From Aliivibrio fischeri ES114 (GTDB lineage Bacteria; Pseudomonadota; Gammaproteobacteria; Enterobacterales; Vibrionaceae): 32,000 nucleotides of DNA. Made by a program: the position numbers and the translations under genes. The notes beneath the pieces are model-generated. The model made no database searches. It was given only the letters and a program-made list of their open reading frames with translations, and had not been told where the DNA came from. Positions 19,555 to 27,190 of this stretch are shown one piece after another (position 1 is the stretch's first letter; every line of letters begins with the position of its first letter). The stretch lies in assembly GCF_000011805.1 (NCBI RefSeq), contig NC_006840.2. One strand, 5' to 3'.

Positions 19555-19665
19555 ATGGACATATTAACTCTTATATTTGGCTCAGTACTTTTAGTTTTAG
19601 TCATAGGCTTTTTTATCTCCTTTTGCAAAGGACTTATTAACGAATATAAAGAGCTACATAAATGA
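19555..19665 (+). CDS. Small 36-aa single-pass membrane protein (not in ORF track)
   Basis: Manual translation MDILTLIFGSVLLVLVIGFFISFCKGLINEYKELHK*; RBS GAGGTG 5 nt upstream; terminator immediately downstream. Confidence 0.5.
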   Translation: MDILTLIFGSVLLVLVIGFFISFCKGLINEYKELHK

Positions 19666-19675
19666 TAGACCCAAT

Positions 19676-19710
19676 TTAAAAGCAGCTTTCTCGGCTGCTT
19701 TTTCATTTTT
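19676..19710 (+). terminator. Intrinsic terminator of symporter/small ORF transcript
   Basis: aaaagcagc-tttctcg-gctgcttttt. Confidence 0.85.
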
Positions 19711-19797
19711 GTGACTACCAGTTAAAAAGTTATCCTGCCACTCTTGATAAAATTTCACTACAATAGGTCTAGCTTAATTCACAGTTATCGAGGCTCT

Positions 19798-21483
19798 ATG
19801 CGACATTTTATTTGGATCTTACTCTTCTTTAGTTCACTTTCCTTTGCTAGCGAAGCACAAGACTTAAGTCATTTAGAGAAAATTAATGCGGAAATTGCAC
19901 GACTAAAAACCGAGTCAAACTCATTTAGCGGCAGTGAATTGGCTATTATTCGAGTTCAACAAGTCGAAAAAAATAATGAACTGCGATCTGTTTTATCACA
20001 GCTAATTCAAGAACATGACAAAACAACAAAAGAGCTTTTAATCTCAGAGGTGAATAATCAAATTGGTTATGCAGAGCGATCTTTTGCCTATTTAGATAAA
20101 GAACTAAAATCAAAACAAGCACAACTTGATAAAGCTGACATTGAACATAAGCTAGCGCTTCAAAACACATTAAAAGAAACCCGAGACTATTATTACCTAT
20201 CCCTTAGCGACCAGCTTGAAAACTACCAATGGCTCGCAGATCTTGGTGAATCTAACGAAGCTCAAATCGATGCGTTCAAATTACTCATTGATCAAAAAAT
20301 CAAATTTCTTTCTGCTTCATTAAGCTTTGATGCTAGCCGTGAACAACGTTTATCCGACCAACTTCAACACTCTTCTGAATCAGAAAAATCATCATTAACC
20401 CTAGATCACCTGTTCTTTGAGCGTAAAGTATTTAACTCTACATCAGGGTTAGAAAAACTGATCAGTATTGCCGATCAGTTGGACATCAATACCACCGACT
20501 ATAAACGTCAGCTATTTTCGACAACGGGTAACCTAACAGAAGATATTCTTAAGTTCCCTGTTATTGCTGCCATCTTAAGTAATTGGATATCTTCAGGTAG
20601 TAACTGGCTACTTAAACACGCTCCGGATCAGCTATTAAAATTCTTAGTCTTTATTCTGATCTTATTTGCTACCCGCTTAATTGCCCGTTTAACAAGCCGC
20701 GTGGTATTAAAAGCAGTTGTTCAGCCTCATTTACGCATGAGTAAATTGATGCAAGACTTCTTTGTATCCATGTCGAGCAAGCTCATTTACTTTATTGGTA
20801 TCCTAATCGCCTTTTCAAAAATCGGATTAGATCTGGCACCTGTATTAACAGGTTTCGGTGTTGCCGGTATTATTATTGGTTTCGCATTACAAGATACGTT
20901 ATCTAACTTCGCATCGGGCATGATGCTACTTATCTATCGCCCATTCGATGTCGGTGATTTAGTAGAAGCGGGTAGCGTATCAGGCAAAGTAAGCCACATG
21001 AGCCTAGTAAACACCACCATCAAAACCTTTGATAACCAAATCATTATTCTACCTAACAGTATGATTTGGGGGGATGTAATCAAAAACGTCACCCACGAGA
21101 GAGTGAGACGTGTGGACATGGTATTTGGGATAGGATACGAAGACAGCATAGAGCACGCAGAGAAAATCTTAGCTGAGATTGTAGACGCACACCCTGCAGC
21201 ATTGAAAAAACCAGAACCAAACATCAGAGTCCACACATTAGGTGCTTCTTCTGTTGATTTCATTGTTCGTCCTTGGGTAAAAACCGATGACTATTGGGAT
21301 GTGTATTGGGACATTACTCGTGAAGTAAAACTGCGTTTTGATAAAGAAGGGATTTCGATTCCATTCGCACAGCAAGATGTGCACGTTCACTTTGCGAAGA
21401 AAGATAAAAAACCAAAGAAGCCAAATCCAATTACCGAGAAAATTGGTAACGTGATTGACTCAGTAAGATCAAAAGACAGCTAA
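19798..21483 (+). CDS. MscS-family mechanosensitive ion channel with N-terminal periplasmic coiled-coil extension
   Basis: Signal-like MRHFIWILLFFSSLSFA; MscS core GVAGIIIGFALQDTLSNFASGMMLLIYRPFDVGDLVEAG. ORF track start 19744, more natural start at ATG 19798. Confidence 0.9.
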   Translation: MRHFIWILLFFSSLSFASEAQDLSHLEKINAEIARLKTESNSFSGSELAIIRVQQVEKNNELRSVLSQLIQEHDKTTKELLISEVNNQIGYAERSFAYLDKELKSKQAQLDKADIEHKLALQNTLKETRDYYYLSLSDQLENYQWLADLGESNEAQIDAFKLLIDQKIKFLSASLSFDASREQRLSDQLQHSSESEKSSLTLDHLFFERKVFNSTSGLEKLISIADQLDINTTDYKRQLFSTTGNLTEDILKFPVIAAILSNWISSGSNWLLKHAPDQLLKFLVFILILFATRLIARLTSRVVLKAVVQPHLRMSKLMQDFFVSMSSKLIYFIGILIAFSKIGLDLAPVLTGFGVAGIIIGFALQDTLSNFASGMMLLIYRPFDVGDLVEAGSVSGKVSHMSLVNTTIKTFDNQIIILPNSMIWGDVIKNVTHERVRRVDMVFGIGYEDSIEHAEKILAEIVDAHPAALKKPEPNIRVHTLGASSVDFIVRPWVKTDDYWDVYWDITREVKLRFDKEGISIPFAQQDVHVHFAKKDKKPKKPNPITEKIGNVIDSVRSKDS

Positions 21484-21488
21484 ACAAA

Positions 21489-21522
21489 AGTGCCATGCGT
21501 ATTCAATAATAGGCATGGCACT
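21489..21522. terminator. Stem-loop terminator between convergent mscS-like and lysE-like genes
   Basis: agtgccatgc / gcatggcact, followed by gttt. Confidence 0.65.
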
Positions 21523-21566
21523 GTTTCATTCATCTTTTATATCAAGCTTGACACTTTAAAAACAAA

Positions 21567-22196
21567 CTATTTAGAAACAAGTAAGTTCACACCAAGCATC
21601 ACAAGTACCGCCCCTGTCACCCTTTCAATTCTATTTTTAACCACAGAGCTAGACATTAACTGCTTGGCTTTTTCCACCAACAAAGCAACGCCACCCTGCC
21701 ATATCATCGCAATAACAAAATGAATACTCGCCATCAATAATGATTGAGCAAACGCGCTGTACTCAGGGTTAATAAATTGCGGTAATAATGCCAAATAAAA
21801 TACTGCGGTTTTTGGGTTCAAGATATTAGATAAAAACCCTTCTTTAAACGACACTTTTAATGACGGCGCTTCAAGGCTTTTATTGCTGCTCGTGTCTATG
21901 GCTTGTGAGTGACTAAAAGTACTTCTTATGGATTGCACACCAAGCCAAATAAGATAAATCGCACCAATGGTTTTCACTACGGTAAACAACTCAGCCGAAC
22001 TCACCAATACCACAGACAAACCAACCGCTGACATAGTTGCATGAACAAATAGCCCACAACAAATACCAAGACTGCAAGTTATACCATCTTTCCAACCACC
22101 ACGTGTTGTATTACGAATAACTAACGCCGTATCTAAACCAGGTGTCATTGTTAACAGCAATATGGCAATAAAAAATGCCCAAAAATCCATTATCAT
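21567..22196 (-). CDS. LysE/RhtB family amino-acid exporter
   Basis: MTPGLDTALVIRNTTRGGWKDGITCSLGICCGLFVHA motif, about 209 aa, multiple TM segments. Confidence 0.88.
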   Translation of the reverse strand: MIMDFWAFFIAILLLTMTPGLDTALVIRNTTRGGWKDGITCSLGICCGLFVHATMSAVGLSVVLVSSAELFTVVKTIGAIYLIWLGVQSIRSTFSHSQAIDTSSNKSLEAPSLKVSFKEGFLSNILNPKTAVFYLALLPQFINPEYSAFAQSLLMASIHFVIAMIWQGGVALLVEKAKQLMSSSVVKNRIERVTGAVLVMLGVNLLVSK

Positions 22197-22417
22197 AAAA
22201 TATCCATTTTTTACTTTTATCTCGTTTTATAACAATCCGTTTAAAAAAGCTATCAAATTCCCAACCTAGAGTATTAATTCTATTGATTACCACCCCTCAT
22301 AAATTCACCATATTTATATAAAATAGGCCATATATAGATCTTTTTGACCTTTATCGGAAAGTTATTTGTGTGATATACGGTTAAAGTACACGCATTCATA
22401 TCACGGGGTAAACAGCA

Positions 22418-22549
22418 ATGAATCATGTAAAATTTGAATATCAAATCATGGGGATTGGAAGGTGGATTTCGGCAACCGTCTCTTTGGATATTGCAACCAA
22501 ATTAGCAGAAGAATATACATCTTACGGTTGGCCCGTAAAAATTAGCTAA
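22418..22549 (+). CDS. Putative 43-aa small protein (not in ORF track)
   Basis: MNHVKFEYQIMGIGRWISATVSLDIATKLAEEYTSYGWPVKIS*; GGGGTAA upstream. No homology recognised. Confidence 0.4.
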   Translation: MNHVKFEYQIMGIGRWISATVSLDIATKLAEEYTSYGWPVKIS

Positions 22550-22713
22550 TACATTTTCTCATCCTTTTCGAATTAGCTTCTCTCTCATTTGGCCTCGAAC
22601 TCTCGGGGTCATTTTTTGATATTTTAAAAATCACTGAATAACTCACTACCCTATCTTAAGACAATCGCGATATCATGAGCCTTAACTAAAAAACCTTACA
22701 AGGAACTAGCCTC

Positions 22714-24198
22714 ATGAGTCATTATCAGAAACTTGTTGCTCACAGTTTAAAAATATCTCGTTTTGAACACTTATCTGCAATTTGCGGTTGGGATCAAGCC
22801 GCTGTAATGCCATCAGGCGGTAACGACGCTCGTTCAGAAGCCATGGCCGAGCTTTCTGTACATCTTCATAAACTGGGTACAGAACCACAACTAGCGGAAT
22901 GGTTTGATAAAGCAGAATCAGAATCTTTATCTGCTAATGAACAAGCAAGCCTTCGTGAAATGAAATCAAAATGGCAACAAACCACAGCCCTACCTGAAAC
23001 GCTAGTAGAAGCACAATCGTTAGCAGGCTCTAAATGTGAGCACGCTTGGCGCTCACAACGCAGTGAAAACGACTGGGATGGCTTTAGTAAAAACTTTGCA
23101 GAAGTCGTTGCCCTATCTCAAGAAGAGGCACAAATCCGAGCGGAGATCACAGGCCTAACCCCTTATGATGCCATGCTTGATTTATATGAGCCGGGAACCA
23201 CCACAGCAAAACTGGATGTGGTATTTAATGACGTAAAATCATGGCTACCAGCGCTCATCCAAAACATCCAAGAGAAACAAGCAACAGAGTCTATCTATTT
23301 GCCTCAAGGTCATTACCCAACCGAGCAACAACGCCAGTTGAGTTTGGATGTAATGAAGTTTTTAAACTTTGATTTTAACCATGGTCGTCTTGATGTCAGC
23401 ATGCACCCTTTCTGTGGCGGCGTACCAACTGATGTTCGTATAACCACGCGTTACGATGAAAACGATTTTGTGCAATCTTTGATGGGAACCGTTCACGAGA
23501 CAGGACACGCTCGTTACGAACAAGGTTTACCAAAAGAATTTGCAGGCCTTGCCGTTGGTGAAGCACGCTCAATGGGGATTCACGAATCTCAAAGCCTGTT
23601 TTTTGAAATGCAGTTAGGCCGCAGTGCTGAGTTTATTTCTCAACTATCACCATTAGTGCAAAAGAACTTTGTGAATGCGGATCAGAAGATCTTTGAAACA
23701 GATAACCTGCAAAAAATCTACACTCGCGTAAAACCTGATTTTATCCGTGTCGATGCCGATGAAGCAACATACCCTGCTCACGTTATTTTACGTTATGAAA
23801 TCGAACGTGATTTAATGAATGGTAACATCAGCTATAAAGATATCCCTGAACTGTGGGATGCAAAAATGCAGCAATACCTAGGTTTAACCACCAAAGGCAA
23901 TTACAAAAACGGTTGTATGCAAGACATTCACTGGACAGACGGCAGCTTTGGTTACTTCCCAAGTTACACATTAGGTGCCATGTACGCAGCACAGTTTATG
24001 TCAGCAATGAAACAAACCGTAGATGTAGAGAAAGCCACACTAAGCGGTGATTTAAGCCCTATTTTCACTTGGTTATCAGATAATATCTGGAGCAAGGCAT
24101 CACTATTCTCAACCGATGATTTAGTGAAGCAGGCAACGGGTGATGTGCTAAATGCGAGTTTCTTTAAAGCACACTTAGAGAAGCGTTATTTGGGATAA
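22714..24198 (+). CDS. Carboxypeptidase M32 family (thermostable carboxypeptidase 1-like)
   Basis: HETGH zinc-binding motif (MGTVHETGHARYEQGLP), DVRITTRYDE, GIHESQSLFFE. Confidence 0.95.
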   Translation: MSHYQKLVAHSLKISRFEHLSAICGWDQAAVMPSGGNDARSEAMAELSVHLHKLGTEPQLAEWFDKAESESLSANEQASLREMKSKWQQTTALPETLVEAQSLAGSKCEHAWRSQRSENDWDGFSKNFAEVVALSQEEAQIRAEITGLTPYDAMLDLYEPGTTTAKLDVVFNDVKSWLPALIQNIQEKQATESIYLPQGHYPTEQQRQLSLDVMKFLNFDFNHGRLDVSMHPFCGGVPTDVRITTRYDENDFVQSLMGTVHETGHARYEQGLPKEFAGLAVGEARSMGIHESQSLFFEMQLGRSAEFISQLSPLVQKNFVNADQKIFETDNLQKIYTRVKPDFIRVDADEATYPAHVILRYEIERDLMNGNISYKDIPELWDAKMQQYLGLTTKGNYKNGCMQDIHWTDGSFGYFPSYTLGAMYAAQFMSAMKQTVDVEKATLSGDLSPIFTWLSDNIWSKASLFSTDDLVKQATGDVLNASFFKAHLEKRYLG

Positions 24199-24239
24199 AA
24201 GCTAGACGTTAATTCGCAGCTTTACTCTAAGTAATTAAG

Positions 24240-24272
24240 AAAATGGATGTAGTTTTGGCTGCATCCATTTTT
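24240..24272 (+). terminator. Intrinsic terminator after M32 carboxypeptidase
   Basis: aaatggatgtag-ttttgg-ctgcatccatttttt. Confidence 0.85.
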
Positions 24273-24410
24273 TGTTCAATATCTAATAAACCATTCCTCA
24301 CCCTCCTATTCCATTTGGGAATAGAACGAATACCGAGCTTTCCTTTATAAAATAAAAAAATCGCCCGTAGAATATTTCTTCTAATTCATCAAACTTAGAA
24401 GTGACCATCC

Positions 24411-25541
24411 ATGAAATACCTCTGTATGGCGTGTAATAAAGAATACGCACCGAAACCTGAACTCATTAAATGTGAATGTGGCTCCGCCCTATGGGTTAAA
24501 CCTCAAACGTCATTTAGTAAAAAAGATCTCATAGAAAATGAATTCACACCTAGACGCTATTCTAGTGCTTTCCCAGTAAAAAAAGACGATATCAATATCA
24601 CTTTCAATGAAGCCATCACACCTCTTTGCCAAGCTGAAATATCAGGAACTCCAATACTGGTTAAACTCGATTCGCTACAACCAACAGGCTCATTTAAAGA
24701 CCGAGGTGCCTCTCTTGTAATCAATTACCTTAACAACCATGGAATAACAAGCATTGCAGAAGACTCAAGCGGTAATGGAGGAAGTGCTTATGCCGGTTAT
24801 GCCGCTAAAGGAAACATGCAATGCAACATATTTGTGCCTGCTGGAACATCCAAAGGAAAGACAACACAAACCCGATTATACGGCGCTAACTGTATTGAAG
24901 TAGAAGGAACAAGAGAAGATGTTGCTCTAGCTGCAATAGAGAGCAGCGTCACTCATGGAAGTCATTATGTTGGGCATAACTGGCATCCCCTATTTATCGA
25001 AGGCGTCAAATCCATCGCTTATGAAATATGGGAACAGTGTGGATATAAAGCCCCTGATAATTTTGTTGTTCCCGCAGGAAATGGAAGTTTACTCGCTGGA
25101 GCATATATCGGTTTCTCTGAATTATTAAAAGGCGGAGAAATAAGCAAACTCCCTCGCCTTTTTGGTATTCAAAGTGAAAGCATTCAGCCGTTTGTACAAA
25201 CCTTTAACAATAAAGAAATCAACATTACTTCAGAAGATACCATTGCTGAGGGTATTAAGATTAAGCGTTCATCACGAATGAATGAGATCGTTCAATTTGT
25301 AAAAGAAACGAATGGGAATTTTATTAGTGTTAATGAACAACAAATCCAATCAGCATTAAAAGAGATGGGAGCACAAGGATACTTTATCGAACCAACATCA
25401 GCGACGGCATTTGCAGGAATCGCTCAGCTTATAAAAACGCAAGAAATCAAACCTGACGAGCTTACCGTTGGAGTCGTAACCGGAAATGGACTCAAAGCAA
25501 CAAACTCAATTGAACATTTAATCAATGATATGAGAGGTTAA
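24411..25541 (+). CDS. Threonine-synthase-like PLP-dependent enzyme (fold type II)
   Basis: N-terminal zinc-ribbon-like CMACNKEY...KCECGSAL; PLP-lysine motif LQPTGSFKDRGAS; SSGNGGSAYAGYAA. Confidence 0.88.
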   Translation: MKYLCMACNKEYAPKPELIKCECGSALWVKPQTSFSKKDLIENEFTPRRYSSAFPVKKDDINITFNEAITPLCQAEISGTPILVKLDSLQPTGSFKDRGASLVINYLNNHGITSIAEDSSGNGGSAYAGYAAKGNMQCNIFVPAGTSKGKTTQTRLYGANCIEVEGTREDVALAAIESSVTHGSHYVGHNWHPLFIEGVKSIAYEIWEQCGYKAPDNFVVPAGNGSLLAGAYIGFSELLKGGEISKLPRLFGIQSESIQPFVQTFNNKEINITSEDTIAEGIKIKRSSRMNEIVQFVKETNGNFISVNEQQIQSALKEMGAQGYFIEPTSATAFAGIAQLIKTQEIKPDELTVGVVTGNGLKATNSIEHLINDMRG

Positions 25542-25543
25542 TA

Positions 25544-25921
25544 ATGAAATATATTCAAACTAAAAACTCATTAAAAGCAGCAGGACATTACTCTCAAGCG
25601 ATAGTACATAATGGGTTAATTTACGTATCTGGCCAATTACCAATTAACCCAAACACAGGGGAAAAAATAAACGGCGATATAAGCCAACAAACCCGTCGTG
25701 TATTAGATAATTTGAACACAATTCTTGAAGAAGTAGGAAGCGATCTTCAACAAGTATTAAAACTGGTTATCTACATTTCAGACATTGATATGTGGGACAC
25801 GGTTAATGATATTTGCAAAGAGTACTTTATCGATCATAAACCGGTGCGAACCATAGTACCAACCAGAGAATTGCACTTTGGATTAAAGATTGAGGTCGAT
25901 TGCATCGCTATATGTGAATAA
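25544..25921 (+). CDS. RidA/YjgF family enamine/imine deaminase
   Basis: AGHYSQAIVHNGLIYVSGQLPINPNTG...RTIVPTRELHFGLKIEVDCIA; starts 2 nt after the preceding stop. Confidence 0.93.
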   Translation: MKYIQTKNSLKAAGHYSQAIVHNGLIYVSGQLPINPNTGEKINGDISQQTRRVLDNLNTILEEVGSDLQQVLKLVIYISDIDMWDTVNDICKEYFIDHKPVRTIVPTRELHFGLKIEVDCIAICE

Positions 25922-25925
25922 CGCC

Positions 25926-26771
25926 TCATAGCTTAATATTTACGTGCTCAGAAAGTGCGGTAATGACTTTCTGAACTCGCTCTAATCGATAATTATTTTG
26001 TCTAGTGCATATATAGATGGGTCTAAAAAGCGGTTTGAGCTCGCTATATTGATATAAATAACGCTCTTCTATATTTAATGCTTTTATTACCGAAAAAGGA
26101 ATCAGTGCCGGAGCAGTCCCTTGTAATGCTAAATGGGCTGCTGCGGTATATGAATCTAGCTCCATTATAGGGTTCACTTTTAAGGCTTCTAAAATAACCG
26201 ACTGATGAGTATTCGCACTGTTTGTCAGATCCGTTGTTATCAATTCATTAGGTAGCTTATCCAAATGTTTGTTACTAACAACATAAAATGGTTCATCGAA
26301 AAGATGAAAGCTTAATAACCCATGTCCAGATGGTAAATACCCAGCACAAAGGCCTAGTGTCGCTTTTCCTGATTTTACATTTTCAACAATTCGTGGCGTG
26401 TGATTCGTTGTAACGGTAAAATTTGGGTCATCATGAAAACATGTTGATAGCGCTTGGCTGAAATACCCCGCCACAAGCGTTTCAGAACAATCAATTCTAA
26501 GTAAAGAATCATTCGCTAAAGCTTGTTGTTCATATATGCGTCCACAAAGTTCGCTAAACGTTGGAGCGATATTGTCAATTAGCGATTTAGCATCCGCCGT
26601 GAGTGTGACATAACGACCATTAGGTTCTATTAATTTTTTCCCTAAACGCTTTTCTAGTTTTGTAATACGCTTACTCACCGCAGATTGACTAAGGTACAGT
26701 ACGCTGCCTGTACGACTCATTGTCTTCTCTTTACTTAAAACTAAAAGTGTTTCAATACCTTCAAGTAACAT
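25926..26771 (-). CDS. LysR family transcriptional regulator
   Basis: N-terminal wHTH: METFLVL-type start LLEGIETLLVLSKEKTMSRTGSVLYLSQSAVSKRITKLEKRLGKKLI; substrate-binding-like C-terminal domain. Confidence 0.9.
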   Translation of the reverse strand: MLLEGIETLLVLSKEKTMSRTGSVLYLSQSAVSKRITKLEKRLGKKLIEPNGRYVTLTADAKSLIDNIAPTFSELCGRIYEQQALANDSLLRIDCSETLVAGYFSQALSTCFHDDPNFTVTTNHTPRIVENVKSGKATLGLCAGYLPSGHGLLSFHLFDEPFYVVSNKHLDKLPNELITTDLTNSANTHQSVILEALKVNPIMELDSYTAAAHLALQGTAPALIPFSVIKALNIEERYLYQYSELKPLFRPIYICTRQNNYRLERVQKVITALSEHVNIKL

Positions 26772-27030
26772 CGCATTATCTTATGAAAATTAGGAATAAT
26801 TAACTCAGTTTATCTATGTTTTATGATGCTTGCAAAAAAGTTGATGGGGAATGATTTGTTTATCGAACTTTGAAAAACATTCAGAGACAACCTTAAACGG
26901 CTTTCATTTTGTAATTCGTGTTTGAGCAACACTTTATCCCCTATAAGGGATAAGAACTGCTTTATCCTCGATCGGGGATATTACAGATATGATGAGGTAT
27001 GGTATTACGGAAAAATATCCCGTATCAAAA

Positions 27031-27062
27031 AATGGATGTGGTTATTTAAAACCACATCCATT
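27031..27062. terminator. Strong stem-loop/possible terminator
   Basis: aatggatgtggtt-atttaa-aaccacatccatt, 13-bp perfect arms. The T-tract is imperfect on either strand. Confidence 0.6.
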
Positions 27063-27190
27063 CTTATATTAATTAACTTATTTTTAATAAAAATATTTGA
27101 TTATAAATAATGTTTGAACAATATTTGCTAACCTCAACAAAAATAAATCAGTATAAATCTCATTGACTCAACTCACATTACTACCCAGAA

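Noticed and set aside
19446-19640. 64-aa plus-strand ORF downstream of the symporter
   Set aside because: Overlaps, out of frame, the better supported 36-aa ORF that has an RBS; composition looks non-coding.
24240-27062. Similar GGATG-containing stem-loops at 24240-24272 and 27031-27062 as a possible dispersed repeat element
   Set aside because: Only the outer stem (aatggatgt...catccatt) is shared and loops differ; both are more simply independent terminator-like hairpins.
26922-27110. 62-aa plus-strand ORF before the ABC-3C operon
   Set aside because: TTG start without clear RBS, runs through several hairpins and a terminator-like stem; treated as structured DNA/RNA instead.
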